Shown one piece after another: positions 8,896-19,070 of a stretch of 64,000 nt of DNA. Position numbers and translations under genes: made by a program. The stretch is from NCBI GenBank assembly GCA_045863335.1, contig BTVY01000028.1, positions 1-64,000 of the forward strand. The letters run 5' to 3'. The notes under the pieces are model-generated. The model saw only the letters and a list, made by a program, of their open reading frames with translations, was not told where the DNA came from and searched no databases. The DNA is from Candidatus Hydrogenedentota bacterium. Its GTDB lineage: Bacteria; Hydrogenedentota; Hydrogenedentia; Hydrogenedentales; SLHB01. Position 1 is the first letter of the stretch; every line of letters starts with the position of its first letter.

Positions 8896-10701
8896 ATGGA
8901 ACCGGGTGCTCCTTTTGTGACGAACGAAACGAATTATCGATTCGCCGCGATACTCACAGGCGTCGCGTTGGTGGCCGCGTTTTACGCTCTCGGCCTCGGC
9001 GATGTGATCACCGACAACGAGGGGCAGCGCGCCACGCCCCCCGCGGAAATGGTGCGCAGCGGCAACTACCTGATCCCGACCATTAACGGCGTGGACTATC
9101 TTGTAAAACCGCCGTTGCTGTATTGGGCGATCGCCGGACTCTACAAAGTCACGGGGACCTTCGACCCTTTCGTGGCGCGTATCCCGACGGCACTCTGTGG
9201 CGCGCTGCTGGTACTGTGCGCGTACCTGGCGTTTCGTCGCACGGCGGGAGAGGCTCCCGCACGTTGGACAGCGCTCGCGTTGCTCGCTTCGCCGTACGTC
9301 CTCGAACGCATACGTTGGGCCGAACTGGATATTCCGCTGACCTTCGCTGTCTTGCTCAGCGTGGTCGCGTTTATGAATGCCGCGCGCGCGGACGAAAGTC
9401 GTCGACGCCTGCTCCTCCTCATTGGGTCGGGCGTGGCGTTCGGCGCGGCTGTCATGCTGAAAGGTCCGGTGCCGTTTCTCTTCTTCTGGGTCGCGGGTGT
9501 GGCCGCGTTGACGGTGTACGGCGACAATCCCAATCGCGTCGTACGCGTGGGACTTATTGCCAGTCTAATCGCGCTTGCGGCGGAGGTCGCTGCGAAAACG
9601 GCGGCGGGATTGCTGCCCGGCTACGAGAAGATCCTGGGAACCCCCGTCGAATTAACAGCGGTCCTCCTCGTGTGGACCTATCTCGCGTGGCGATACGGCG
9701 GCGCGAAGCGGGCGCGCACGGTCGGCCTGTGGCTGGGCGCCATGGCGATCGGCGTTGCGCTGGCGGCACCGTGGGCGGTCGCCGTGCTGGCGACCAAGGG
9801 GTGGCCGTACATCAGCGCCATGCTTCACAACCAGGTGGTCGAACGCACCTACGTCGCCAGCCGGATCAACAGCGGCACGCCGTTCTATTACCTTATCGCC
9901 ATCCCGGCGATGCTTGCGCCCTGGGGATTGCTCCTCCCCTTCCACTTCTCGCGCTCCCAATGGAACCGGCGGCCAGAGGCATACCGGTTTGGGGCCGTGA
10001 TGGGGTGGCTGAGCATTCTCGTCTTCTCGCTCATCGCAGGGAAAGAGTATGAATACATCCTTCCCTGCGTTCCGTTTCTCCTGTTGCCCGTAGGATTTCA
10101 TCTCGCGGACGAGCAGGAGGCCATCAAGGAGCGCTGGATCGCGCGATGGACAGGCGTGTGGCGCGGTGCGTTTGCCTACCTGTTACCCGCGATCGGTGTC
10201 GCAGGTGCGATCTATTTCTCCTTCACGGAACCGCGCGCCTCGCTAATGGTCCTCGTTTGGCCGCTGGCCTTGCTGGGCGCGACTGCGGGCGTGCTCGCGT
10301 TCGTGACGCCGCGCGGTAAGACCATCACCATCTTCTCCGCCGCGCTCTGCGCCATCCTCATCGCCCTCGTCGCACGCGACCACATCACCACCCGCGAAGA
10401 TTCCCCGCGGGAACTGGCCCAACTCTGCGGCGCCCTCGTCCGCGACGGTTACACCGTCGAAGCCGCCAAGATCTATCCCGCCTTCGCGTTCTACGCGGAA
10501 ACCAACATACCCACCAACATCGATGCCTCCGACGTGCGCGCAAATCTCGAATCCCCCACACCCTACTACTACCTCATCCGCGAGAAGGATTATCAGCTAA
10601 GCCTCCTCAGCGGAGGCGAGATCCCGGGTGCAACGATCGTTGCGGGGCCTTACGGCTACAAGAAGGACATGGTGCTGGTGGGAAACACAACCTTGCCGTA
10701 G
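8896..10701 (+). CDS. ArnT/PMT-like membrane glycosyltransferase (GT83/GT39 fold)
   Basis: DNEGQRA...EMVRSGNYLIPTING..YLVKPPLLYW, ARIP, MLKGPV, KEYEYILP; many TM helices. Confidence 0.85.
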   Translation: MEPGAPFVTNETNYRFAAILTGVALVAAFYALGLGDVITDNEGQRATPPAEMVRSGNYLIPTINGVDYLVKPPLLYWAIAGLYKVTGTFDPFVARIPTALCGALLVLCAYLAFRRTAGEAPARWTALALLASPYVLERIRWAELDIPLTFAVLLSVVAFMNAARADESRRRLLLLIGSGVAFGAAVMLKGPVPFLFFWVAGVAALTVYGDNPNRVVRVGLIASLIALAAEVAAKTAAGLLPGYEKILGTPVELTAVLLVWTYLAWRYGGAKRARTVGLWLGAMAIGVALAAPWAVAVLATKGWPYISAMLHNQVVERTYVASRINSGTPFYYLIAIPAMLAPWGLLLPFHFSRSQWNRRPEAYRFGAVMGWLSILVFSLIAGKEYEYILPCVPFLLLPVGFHLADEQEAIKERWIARWTGVWRGAFAYLLPAIGVAGAIYFSFTEPRASLMVLVWPLALLGATAGVLAFVTPRGKTITIFSAALCAILIALVARDHITTREDSPRELAQLCGALVRDGYTVEAAKIYPAFAFYAETNIPTNIDASDVRANLESPTPYYYLIREKDYQLSLLSGGEIPGATIVAGPYGYKKDMVLVGNTTLP

Positions 10702-10792
10702 CCATTGGTAAACTTCCAGTCTTCCTGGACCTCTGCACACGTCCAGACGGCCTCGCGCGGGATGCCCAAGCCACCTGGGGATGGCTGCGTCA

Positions 10793-12232
10793 CTATTGGT
10801 CGCGCGATGGGACGGGATGTAGTTCCAGGTGGAGGCCGGGGTTGGGATGGTGTTCGTAGTGGATGCGGGGGCTGGGTTGCGCTTGGACTATAAGGGACTC
10901 GATAGACACGATTGGCGTTGAGAATTGCCGGTCTTCGATTCCGCTGGGGCCGGCGCTGAATACGCGGACTCCGGTTTCTTCGCGGGTGTATCGGAGCGGT
11001 CCGTCGTTGAAAGGATCGCGAGGGATGGAATCGAGGTACTCTGGCACGAGGGTTTCGAGGGAATCAGGCGCGGAACCAGTTGCAGCAATGGATGCGTCGA
11101 GCGCCAGGAGCACGCGTGCTGCGCGGGCGCGGGCGATCAGGTCAGTCGCTTGGGGGATGAGGTGCGGCATGGCGCGAAAGTAAGCGGCCGATGCCGGATA
11201 ACGCGCGGGGATTTCGGCGGACTTGGCGACAGCATTTTGAAACGCGGTGAACCGTTCAGCGGGGGGAAGTCCGGCGAGATACACGAACTCGTTCATGGTT
11301 TCGAAAAACCGAAGCAGATCCTGCTCGATGATGCCGCCGTACCGGTAGTAGGCGTGGCGCAGCGCGGGATAGGCGCCGTTGGACCCGAGGATGATGAGTT
11401 GCCGTTCAAAGGGAAGGTTGTAGTACCAGGCGCCGAGACAACGCGTGCCCACGTAGGCGAGCTGAATGGGTTCGGGATTCTCGACTTCGACGAGAGCCTC
11501 CCGGATCGCGTCGGCAGTGGCCGCGTCGAGATCCACGAGTGGCAGTATCCATTCGAGCGCGGTGATGCTTTGCTGTATCGCGGCGCAGCGGACCTGTTGA
11601 GCGATGATGGAGGGCTCGTGCCGCAGGGTTTGCCCGATGGCGATGGACGCGAGCAATGCGTCGGCTGCCGCTTCGGGCCGGTCGCGATAAGCCTCAGCGA
11701 CGGCTTCCATGGCGAGTTGATTCGCGCCTCGGACCACGTGCAAGAGGTAAGCAGGCCTGCTGCGACCGGGGACATCCGCCTGGGACGTGTCGAAGCGGGC
11801 ATCGCCGAGAGACGTCGCTTCATTCAGCAGCGCGATAGCCTGCCGGTTTTCGTCGAGGTAGTGTTCCAGTGATTCTGTGAAACTGCTATCAAAGACGGAC
11901 TGCGGCCACGCGGGCCCGCGAAACAAGGGCCACCACCCCGCATTGCCTCCGTCGTGCGAAGCGTCCGCCACGCGCAACACGAGATCGGCTGCGTTTGGAC
12001 CCTCAAGCGGCGGCAGGGCCTCGTTGAACTCGTCCAAAGTAGCGGGAAATCCGGCGTCGCGGACGGCGTCCAACTCCGTATGCACCCGCGCGACCCAGTA
12101 AAGACGATAGCCTCCGTATGCGACGGCAACGACGGCGAGGGCCAACAGGACCTGCGGCAACCGGAAGGTCACCTCACCGGGGCGCGCGCCTCCGCGTGCG
12201 GCTTCACGATGCGTGACAGGGGTATTGGGCAT
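10793..12232 (-). CDS. Hypothetical membrane-anchored protein with a GspG-like C-terminal motif
   Basis: N-terminal TM; C-terminal PDSLETLVPEYLDSIPRDPF..PLRY...VFSAGP motif. Confidence 0.65.
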   Translation of the reverse strand: MPNTPVTHREAARGGARPGEVTFRLPQVLLALAVVAVAYGGYRLYWVARVHTELDAVRDAGFPATLDEFNEALPPLEGPNAADLVLRVADASHDGGNAGWWPLFRGPAWPQSVFDSSFTESLEHYLDENRQAIALLNEATSLGDARFDTSQADVPGRSRPAYLLHVVRGANQLAMEAVAEAYRDRPEAAADALLASIAIGQTLRHEPSIIAQQVRCAAIQQSITALEWILPLVDLDAATADAIREALVEVENPEPIQLAYVGTRCLGAWYYNLPFERQLIILGSNGAYPALRHAYYRYGGIIEQDLLRFFETMNEFVYLAGLPPAERFTAFQNAVAKSAEIPARYPASAAYFRAMPHLIPQATDLIARARAARVLLALDASIAATGSAPDSLETLVPEYLDSIPRDPFNDGPLRYTREETGVRVFSAGPSGIEDRQFSTPIVSIESLIVQAQPSPRIHYEHHPNPGLHLELHPVPSRDQ

Positions 12233-12321
12233 ACGGATCGGCTCCCTTGCAGTAATGCTTGAGGTAGCACGAAACTGTGGCACGAAGCAACCGGCGATTC
12301 CCCAGGGACATCACAGAGACT

Positions 12322-13041
12322 TCAAAGGGACAAGTCAATCACGCGGGCTTCCGCTCCGGAGCGTTGCAGGAGCTGATCGCCGATAGAAGTCCAGCGTGCG
12401 GCACGATCGAGGATCCAGCCGTCGGAGGTTACAACAACACCGGAGCTTTGGGCCAGCGACTTGTCGACTTGCGAGCCTAACTCGATATCCCAGGGCCAAT
12501 CGTGGGCCGCGGCGGCCGCCTGCATCTGGGTTCGCAACCGGCCACTGTTCGACACGGGCGCGTCGAACATCCATGCGACCGATTCCGTATCCAGGGATTG
12601 GAGGCATTCGCCAATCAGTACGATTGCGTCATGGGTTTCCTCTACGCGGCGGTAGGAGCCGTGCACGCTGGCGAGGTCGCGGATACACCCATCGCGCCCG
12701 CGCAGAAGCACGCCGTTGGAAAGGATGCTCTCCGCGAGGATTAGTTGGTTGTAGCCGTCCAGGATCAACGCTCGCCCGCGAAGTTGTTCGCTTTCGAGGC
12801 GACGCGAACTTCTGGATTCCAACGCCGAGTCGGAACAGGAAGCGCCCAGGACCGCGCGACGCTGGCGGCTGGTGAGCTGGTAATGATCGCCCACGAGCTT
12901 GATCGCGGCGCGTTCCGCGTAGTTGCGCGACAGCAAGTGCGAGAGATCGGTTACCGCGTCGCGCAATGCGGGAACCTGCGATGCGGCAAACTGTCGATCG
13001 TCTTCCGGGTGCTTTCCGCGATGGCGCATGCGTTGAGGCAT
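12322..13041 (-). CDS. DUF434-domain protein (PIN/NYN-like)
   Basis: RHRGKHPED..F, LL.RNY..A..LVGDHYQL..RQR, IDGYN-like LDGYN, DGCIRDLAS.HGSYR, DAPVSNSGRL, TSD..ILD. Confidence 0.8.
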   Translation of the reverse strand: MPQRMRHRGKHPEDDRQFAASQVPALRDAVTDLSHLLSRNYAERAAIKLVGDHYQLTSRQRRAVLGASCSDSALESRSSRRLESEQLRGRALILDGYNQLILAESILSNGVLLRGRDGCIRDLASVHGSYRRVEETHDAIVLIGECLQSLDTESVAWMFDAPVSNSGRLRTQMQAAAAAHDWPWDIELGSQVDKSLAQSSGVVVTSDGWILDRAARWTSIGDQLLQRSGAEARVIDLSL

Positions 13042-13133
13042 GCCCCCATGGTAGCGGAATCGAGCCCGCAACCGAAGGACCGCCACGGCGCCCGGAGCGT
13101 TTCGTACGCCGTGGCAGTCGGATCGCAACATCT

Positions 13134-13328
13134 CTATTCGATAATTGGATTGCCGCAGGTATCGCAGTGTTTGGTCTTCGACAGGGACATGGCAATCCAG
13201 ATTGGCAACCAGAGACCCACGGTGATGATCGACCGGATCAACTCTCGTTTGTGGTCGACCGGCACGAAGTGATAGGGAACGCGCTTGCGGCAGGTGCCGC
13301 AATAGACCTGTTTCGAATCGGTGGGCAT
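13134..13328 (-). CDS. Small zinc-ribbon membrane protein (LITAF-like architecture), 64 aa
   Basis: CGTC ... hydrophobic IITVGLWLPIWIAM ... HCDTCG; GAAGGA RBS. Confidence 0.7.
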   Translation of the reverse strand: MPTDSKQVYCGTCRKRVPYHFVPVDHKRELIRSIITVGLWLPIWIAMSLSKTKHCDTCGNPIIE

Positions 13329-13487
13329 TGAGATCTTCCTTCAACTTTCCGGATGGCGCAAGGATCAACTGGCGCCTCCTGGCTGGGTGAACCGCGCGAG
13401 GGACCAGCCTGGACGCGGAACTTCCGCGATAGGCGCCCTCGGGATCACACGTTACGTCTCTTGAACAGGAAGCCTGGAAGGAAGGAA

Positions 13488-13853
13488 TCAGAGTCGAAGT
13501 TCGACCTTGCCCGCCCCGCGGGCCGGCGACGAATCATGGATGCTGGAACGATCGCAGGTAATGGTCCGCTCCGATGGCGGCCACGCCCTGATGCGAGGAT
13601 GAGCCCACGCGAAAGCTGCCCCGGATCCCGGAACTCGGACGCCCCTTCCGCTCGCCCCCAATTGGTTGGCTTCGAGGCTAAACAGTTCCGAAGCGGCAAC
13701 CGTCAGCGGTGATTCGTTGGACCCGGTACTGGAATCGCTCTGGGCGAAGTCTACCGGGCCTTGCAGACACCAGACCAGAACCCCGGCAATCGCGAGAGCG
13801 AGCGCCAGGTTCAATAATTGGGGACGTCCGGAACGGATTGCATGCAGATCCAT
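13488..13853 (-). CDS. Hypothetical small exported/membrane protein
   Basis: GAGG RBS and an N-terminal hydrophobic stretch LLNLALALAIAGVLVWCL; no family recognised. Confidence 0.4.
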   Translation of the reverse strand: MDLHAIRSGRPQLLNLALALAIAGVLVWCLQGPVDFAQSDSSTGSNESPLTVAASELFSLEANQLGASGRGVRVPGSGAAFAWAHPRIRAWPPSERTITCDRSSIHDSSPARGAGKVELRL

Positions 13854-14177
13854 AGCTCGATTATACCTCGCTTCTCGTCAGATTGCGTAGTCCCAAATGC
13901 GAGCACCCCGTTCGAGGGATTCCGCGCCTACGCCGGGGGCTGCGCCTGAAAAGAAGGACTATGTTGGTCAAAAAAAGATCGCGCAGAACGCAACAGGAAC
14001 TCGGCCTTTCTTTATTGCGTACTCTGCGTTCTTTCGTGGCCAATTCCTGAATGCAGTGGGCCATTATCGATGGATAGCTGCTGTTGTTTACGCACGACAA
14101 ACGAACTCCCGTAGTGCCCCGCATTCAAATCGCAGGCCATCGCCGGGTAAAGCGTGCGTTGCCGGGCGCCCCCGCGT

Positions 14178-14183
14178 TATAAT
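14178..14183 (+). promoter_or_regulatory. -10 box of rnpB promoter
   Basis: Perfect TATAAT 6 nt upstream of the RNase P RNA 5' end. Confidence 0.6.
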
Positions 14184-14189
14184 TCATAC

Positions 14190-14558
14190 GTGAGCAGGCC
14201 GGGCGGTCGCGGCGTCCTCCGGGGCGTCGAGGAAAGTCCGAACTCCACAGGGCAGGGCGCTTGGTAACGCCAAGGCGGGGCGACCCGACGGAAAGTGGCA
14301 CAGAAACGACACCGCCCACGTCCGTCCTTCGGGACGGGCCGGCAAGGGTGAAAAGGTGCGGTAAGAGCGCACCAGCGGTCTGGCGACAGGCCGGCTGGCT
14401 AAACCCCGCCCGGAGCAATTCCAAATAGGGGAGCTATGGAGTGGCCCGCTCTGCTCCCGGGTAGGAAGCTTGAGGTGCGCGGCGACGCGTGTCCCAGACG
14501 AATGACCGCCTCGGGGCCTTCGGGCCCTAGACAGAATTCGGCTTACAGGCCCGCTCAC
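14190..14558 (+). ncRNA. rnpB: RNase P RNA, bacterial class A
   Basis: GAGGAAAGTCCGAACTCCA, GGAAAGTGGCACAGAAA, GGTGAAAAGGTGCGGTAAGAGCGCACC, AAACCCCGCCCGGAGCAA, ACAGAATTCGGCTTA; P1 pairing GTGAGCAG/CCGCTCAC. Confidence 0.97.
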
Positions 14559-14567
14559 AAAAGATTA

Positions 14568-14603
14568 CGCCGCGGTGAGGGTTGACCAACCTTCACCGCG
14601 GCG
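14568..14603. terminator. Hairpin terminator between rnpB and the convergent gene
   Basis: CGCCGCGGTGAGGGTT-GACC-AACCTTCACCGCGGCG. Confidence 0.7.
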
Positions 14604-14631
14604 CCATTGTTTTTGGAGTTGAATCCTCGCC

Positions 14632-16680
14632 CTATTTACCGAGACTCTCGCCGTCCTGGAAAACTCGGAACCCGACCGTCGGCAATGTGGACGACTCATC
14701 GATTCCTTCGCGGCGGGCGGTCCGGACATCGTTTGCCACGTCGGCGTAGGACCCGCTGCGAATCAGCCGCTGCTGCAGCGGAGCCCCCTTGGCCGGAAGC
14801 TGGTAAGCGTACGGTTCTTCGTAAATCCATTCCCACACGTTGCCGCTCATGTCGTAGGCGCCAACGGGACTCTGGCTGTCGTTGGTGCCATTGCTTCCGT
14901 CGTAGTAGCCAACGGGGGTCGTCAAGGGCTCGTTGGTTAAACCCAGCGGATTCGTGTTGTCGTAATTGACGCGGTTCGTGTTGATATCGGTGAGTAGCAG
15001 GCTCGACACGAAGCCCCAAATATGGTGGACACCAGTCTGCCCCGAACTATCCCATGCTGCTGCATGTTCCCATTCGCGTTCGAATCCAAGCCGGTATCCG
15101 TCGTCCGCACCGCTGAAGTCGAAGTCCCAACTGCTCAAGTCGTAGACCGGGTCGAGGGATTCGATTTCGCTCAGCCAGTTGCAGAAGGCCAATGCGCCGT
15201 ACCAACTCACTTCCACGACCGGATGCTCCGCCATGGACTGGTTGTTGCGGCGAGCGATGAAGAAGATATCGTGGACGGCGTCGTATTCGATGTCGCAAAA
15301 CTCCGATTCGAGGCCAATATCTTCGATTTGAATCAGCACTTCGCCGTTGAATTCCGGGTTGCCTCCGGGGAACGTTTTCACTTGGCCAACCTCGAAATAC
15401 CCCTCTTGATTCGCATAGTTCAACACGAACGCGTAGAGGCAATTGGTCACTTCATAGGTGTCGACGAAATAGCCCCCAACGAAGTCGCTGAAGGGGGGAA
15501 GCTCATTGCTTTCCGGGATCATCGCGTCGATCTCGGTCTGGCTTGGCCCCTGCTCGAAGTTCTCGAAGCCCGCGCCGATCATGTTCGTCTCGGGATCCAT
15601 GGCGGTAATGGTGACTGTATCAAATCCACCGAGATTCTCGCTGTCGCGGACGTCCAGCCAAATGACGTAGTCACCCGCCGTATCCGGCACGAACCGGGGC
15701 CGCTCCGCACTGGTACTCGACAACCACGTGGTATCCACGTTGCTGCCCATCGGGACGGAAAAGATTAGCCAATCATAGGTTACCGTGCCGTCCTCTGGAT
15801 CGAAAGATCCCGAACCGTCCAATCGAACTTCTTCGAAGGTGCACACACTCTGATCCGGACCCGCGTCCGCAGTCGGGTTTTCGTTAAACGCGACCGAGAT
15901 CGTTACGGTGTCCGGCTGGCTGGCTACCTTGAGTTCGTCCGGCTGGCCGTCATCCACGATCAGCTGCAAGACGTAGTCCCCCGTATCCTCTGCAAAGAAA
16001 GTGGGCATCTCCGCCGTCGAATCGGAGAGGTCCGGCGCGGGAAGCACTGCTTTCTGCTGCAAGTCCATCCCCGGCCACTCAAGGAAGGTCCACTCATAGG
16101 TGATGGGATCGTTATCGGGATCAAAGGACCCACTGCCATCGAGCTGTACCTGGACACCGAAACCCTGTTCGCCCTTCGCGCTCTTGTCCGGAAGGATTGT
16201 CAGGTTCTGGTCGGGACCTGCGTCCGCCACGGGCGGCCGGTTCCCGCCTTCCACACAGATAAAGGACTTGCGGGTGACGCTGCCCGTCATGCCGTTGGAA
16301 AGCACGACGGTCAAGGTTACGTCGTAGCATCCTTCTTCGGTGTACGTGTGGCTCGTGTTCTGGCCATTGCCGGTGGTGCCGTCACCAAAGTTCCAGAGCC
16401 AGCTTATGACGGTAACGGGCTCGGGCTCATCCTCGGGCGGCGCGGGAGGCGGATCGTCATCGTCCCCCGGTTCTCCGCGAAACTTTTGCAGGACCAGCGG
16501 TGGAGACACGGAAACATCGCCCTGAAACTGGGCAAACAACGGCGCTTGTCCTGCCTGGGGGCCACCGGTAAAGCTCGGGTGGACCAAGGGACTCCCCGGG
16601 CACTTCAACCCCATGAGCACGAAAGACGCCAAGATCAAATAACATGCCGATGTGATTGGCCGAAGTTTACGCGTGTTCAT
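14632..16680 (-). CDS. Lipoprotein with PKD/Ig-like domains and a C-terminal FGE-sulfatase (SUMF1-like) domain, paralog 1
   Basis: Lipobox-like MGLKC; WNFGDG, PVADAGPDQ, LDGSGSFDPD (PKD); YEVTN, HPVVEVSWYGA..FCNW, EWE.AA, YDMSGNVWEW, GFR. Confidence 0.85.
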   Translation of the reverse strand: MNTRKLRPITSACYLILASFVLMGLKCPGSPLVHPSFTGGPQAGQAPLFAQFQGDVSVSPPLVLQKFRGEPGDDDDPPPAPPEDEPEPVTVISWLWNFGDGTTGNGQNTSHTYTEEGCYDVTLTVVLSNGMTGSVTRKSFICVEGGNRPPVADAGPDQNLTILPDKSAKGEQGFGVQVQLDGSGSFDPDNDPITYEWTFLEWPGMDLQQKAVLPAPDLSDSTAEMPTFFAEDTGDYVLQLIVDDGQPDELKVASQPDTVTISVAFNENPTADAGPDQSVCTFEEVRLDGSGSFDPEDGTVTYDWLIFSVPMGSNVDTTWLSSTSAERPRFVPDTAGDYVIWLDVRDSENLGGFDTVTITAMDPETNMIGAGFENFEQGPSQTEIDAMIPESNELPPFSDFVGGYFVDTYEVTNCLYAFVLNYANQEGYFEVGQVKTFPGGNPEFNGEVLIQIEDIGLESEFCDIEYDAVHDIFFIARRNNQSMAEHPVVEVSWYGALAFCNWLSEIESLDPVYDLSSWDFDFSGADDGYRLGFEREWEHAAAWDSSGQTGVHHIWGFVSSLLLTDINTNRVNYDNTNPLGLTNEPLTTPVGYYDGSNGTNDSQSPVGAYDMSGNVWEWIYEEPYAYQLPAKGAPLQQRLIRSGSYADVANDVRTARREGIDESSTLPTVGFRVFQDGESLGK

Positions 16681-16941
16681 ATTCACTCCCGCGGTTGTGC
16701 CGGTGGGATTCCGCGCACAGGTCAGGCCACCCTTGCATTGTGGCCACTTCACGAAAGAACCAGGACGATCAATTGCATGCGCGTGCGTCAGACGCGTGGT
16801 ACCCCTGCCAAGATTCTGACGCCACAGGTTCTACGATGCCTTCTCAAGCACACTGCTGTCAAGCGGCAGTACCGGCCCCTCCGCATGGGGGCGCCCCTTT
16901 TCAGCTCCCGCCTCGCGCTTTCAAGTCCTGGAAAAGCAGCA

Positions 16942-16977
16942 CGCGCGCCGCGGTCCCGGTCGGGACCGCGGCGCGCG
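16942..16977 (-). terminator. Strong GC hairpin between the two PKD-FGE paralogs
   Basis: CGCGCGCCGCGGTCCCG-GT-CGGGACCGCGGCGCGCG, perfect 17-bp stem. Confidence 0.65.
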
Positions 16978-17012
16978 GGTCGCACTGACGCTACGTTATC
17001 GTCTCTCGCCTA

Positions 17013-19070
17013 TTATTCACCGCATAAAAAGTCTTCCCAAACGAAACGGAATCCGACGGTTGGCTCGGTGGCATGCGGGGGCAGACTATCCCTGCGTGCG
17101 GTACGCACGTCATACGCGGTGTCTTGCCAGGATCCGCCGCGAATAATCCGCTCATCAGGAACCTCACCCTTCGTTTCGTTATTCGGGTAGAGGTAGGGTT
17201 CCGTGTTGGTCCACTCCGCCACATTGCCGCTCATGTCGTACAAGTTCGACGGACTCTTACTGCTCGTCGTTCCGTTGGCGCCATTGTAGTATTGGATTGG
17301 CGTCGTCAGCGGCGGAGCTGTCAGCCCCAACGGGTTCGAGCTTTGGTAATTGGCCCGCGTGGTGCTGATATCCGTGAGTTGGAGACTCGAAACGAACCCC
17401 CAGATGTGGTGTTGCCCGGTTCCCACGCCGGTGGTTTCCCAGGCCGCCGCATACTCCCACTCGTTTTCGTCCGGCAACCGGCACCCGCCCGAGCCGGAAC
17501 TGGCGCTCCAGGTTGCCAGGTTGTACATCAAGTCGTACCCGTTGAGGTCGCTCATCCAGTTGCAGAACGCCAGCGCGCCAAACCAGCTCACTTCCACAAC
17601 GGGATGGTGCGCCATGGATTGGCCATCGCGGCGGGCGACAAAGAAGATGCCGTGGACGTCGTCCCACTCGATGTCACAGTACTCGGGCTCGTCCACGATA
17701 TCCTCGATTTGCAGGAGAATCTCACCATTTAGCGTCACGTTACCTCCGGCGAATGCCTTCACCGGCGGATCGAGATACCCCTCGCCATTCGCATAATTGA
17801 GCATGCTCGCAAACAGGCAGTTGGTGACCTCAAATTCACTCATTTGGATTGGGACATCCAACCCGTTGGTGAATGGCGGCAGCTCAGTGAATGACGCAAC
17901 TTCATCATCGATCTCCACTTGGCTGGGTCCCTGCGTGAACAAGTACAAGAAATCCACGCATCGCGAGAACCCTCTGGCATCCGCCGCGGTGACCGACACG
18001 GTATCTCCAGCCGATTCCACCCCATCACTCACGACCAGCAGCAGCCGGAACTCGCCAGGGACGTCAGGCACAAACCGCGGTTTGGTCGCGGCCGGGTTCG
18101 AAAGCCAGCCGTCATCCACATTGCTGCCGGCCGGAACCTGGAGGAAGCTCCACGAATACGTAAGGTCCCCCCCGTCCGGATCGAACGAATCAGAACCATC
18201 CAACTGAGTCTCGTCGTATCGGCAGACGTTCTGGTCGTCGCCCGCATCCGCCACCGGGCCGCTGTTGACGACCCCCGTAATGGTAACCGTATCCGGTTCA
18301 CTCAAGACCTTCGCATCTTCCGGCTGACCATCGTCGACGACCAGCTGCAACATGTAGTCCCCCGGCAATTCCGCGACGAATGTGGGCTTCTCCGCGTTCG
18401 GGTCGGACAACACGGGTTCCGCATAGGCCGGCTTTCCCAGTCCATTCAGCCCTTCCGGCCATTCAATGAACGTCCAGGAGTAGGTGAGCGGATCGCCATC
18501 GGGGTCGTAGGACTCACTCCCATCGAGCTGCACCAAAGTCCCCGCCTGCCCGTTTTTGCCGCTTTGCTCCTTGTTAAAGATGACGGCCACTGGAACTTCC
18601 TGGTCAGGCCCCGCGTCCGCCACGGGCCGCTGGTTGCCCACTTCAACGCAGATGAAATCCTCACGGGTGATCGTCCCCGACATTCCATTGGAGAGAATGA
18701 CCGTGAGCGTCACATCATGGCACCCTTCGTCCGTATATACATGGCTCACGTTCTGTCCGGTACCAGAAGCGCCATCGCCAAAACTCCATAACCAGCTCAC
18801 CACGGTCACGGGTTCCGGTTCCGGTTCCGGGGCTGGCGGCGGCTGCTCGTCATCCCCGGGTTCGCCCCGGAACTTGGCGAGCACAAGCGGAGGCAGAACA
18901 TCCACATCTCCCTGGAATTGAGCATAAAGCGGCGCGCGTCCTGACTGCGGCCCGCCGGTAAACGATGGCTTGACGAGCGGATTCCCGGGACATTTCCACC
19001 CAACCAGCGCCAAAGCCAATACTGATAGATAGAACACTGTTGTGGTACGCCGTACTGCGCGCAGATTCAT
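17013..19070 (-). CDS. Lipoprotein with PKD/Ig-like domains and a C-terminal FGE-sulfatase domain, paralog 2
   Basis: Lipobox-like VGWKC; same domain order and motifs as 14632-16680; RGGSW...GFR at the C-terminus. Confidence 0.85.
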   Translation of the reverse strand: MNLRAVRRTTTVFYLSVLALALVGWKCPGNPLVKPSFTGGPQSGRAPLYAQFQGDVDVLPPLVLAKFRGEPGDDEQPPPAPEPEPEPVTVVSWLWSFGDGASGTGQNVSHVYTDEGCHDVTLTVILSNGMSGTITREDFICVEVGNQRPVADAGPDQEVPVAVIFNKEQSGKNGQAGTLVQLDGSESYDPDGDPLTYSWTFIEWPEGLNGLGKPAYAEPVLSDPNAEKPTFVAELPGDYMLQLVVDDGQPEDAKVLSEPDTVTITGVVNSGPVADAGDDQNVCRYDETQLDGSDSFDPDGGDLTYSWSFLQVPAGSNVDDGWLSNPAATKPRFVPDVPGEFRLLLVVSDGVESAGDTVSVTAADARGFSRCVDFLYLFTQGPSQVEIDDEVASFTELPPFTNGLDVPIQMSEFEVTNCLFASMLNYANGEGYLDPPVKAFAGGNVTLNGEILLQIEDIVDEPEYCDIEWDDVHGIFFVARRDGQSMAHHPVVEVSWFGALAFCNWMSDLNGYDLMYNLATWSASSGSGGCRLPDENEWEYAAAWETTGVGTGQHHIWGFVSSLQLTDISTTRANYQSSNPLGLTAPPLTTPIQYYNGANGTTSSKSPSNLYDMSGNVAEWTNTEPYLYPNNETKGEVPDERIIRGGSWQDTAYDVRTARRDSLPPHATEPTVGFRFVWEDFLCGE

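Noticed and set aside
14632-19070. Diversity-generating retroelement targeting the FGE domains
   Set aside because: No reverse transcriptase, and no near-identical template repeat differing only at adenines was seen; the two C-termini differ at all base types.
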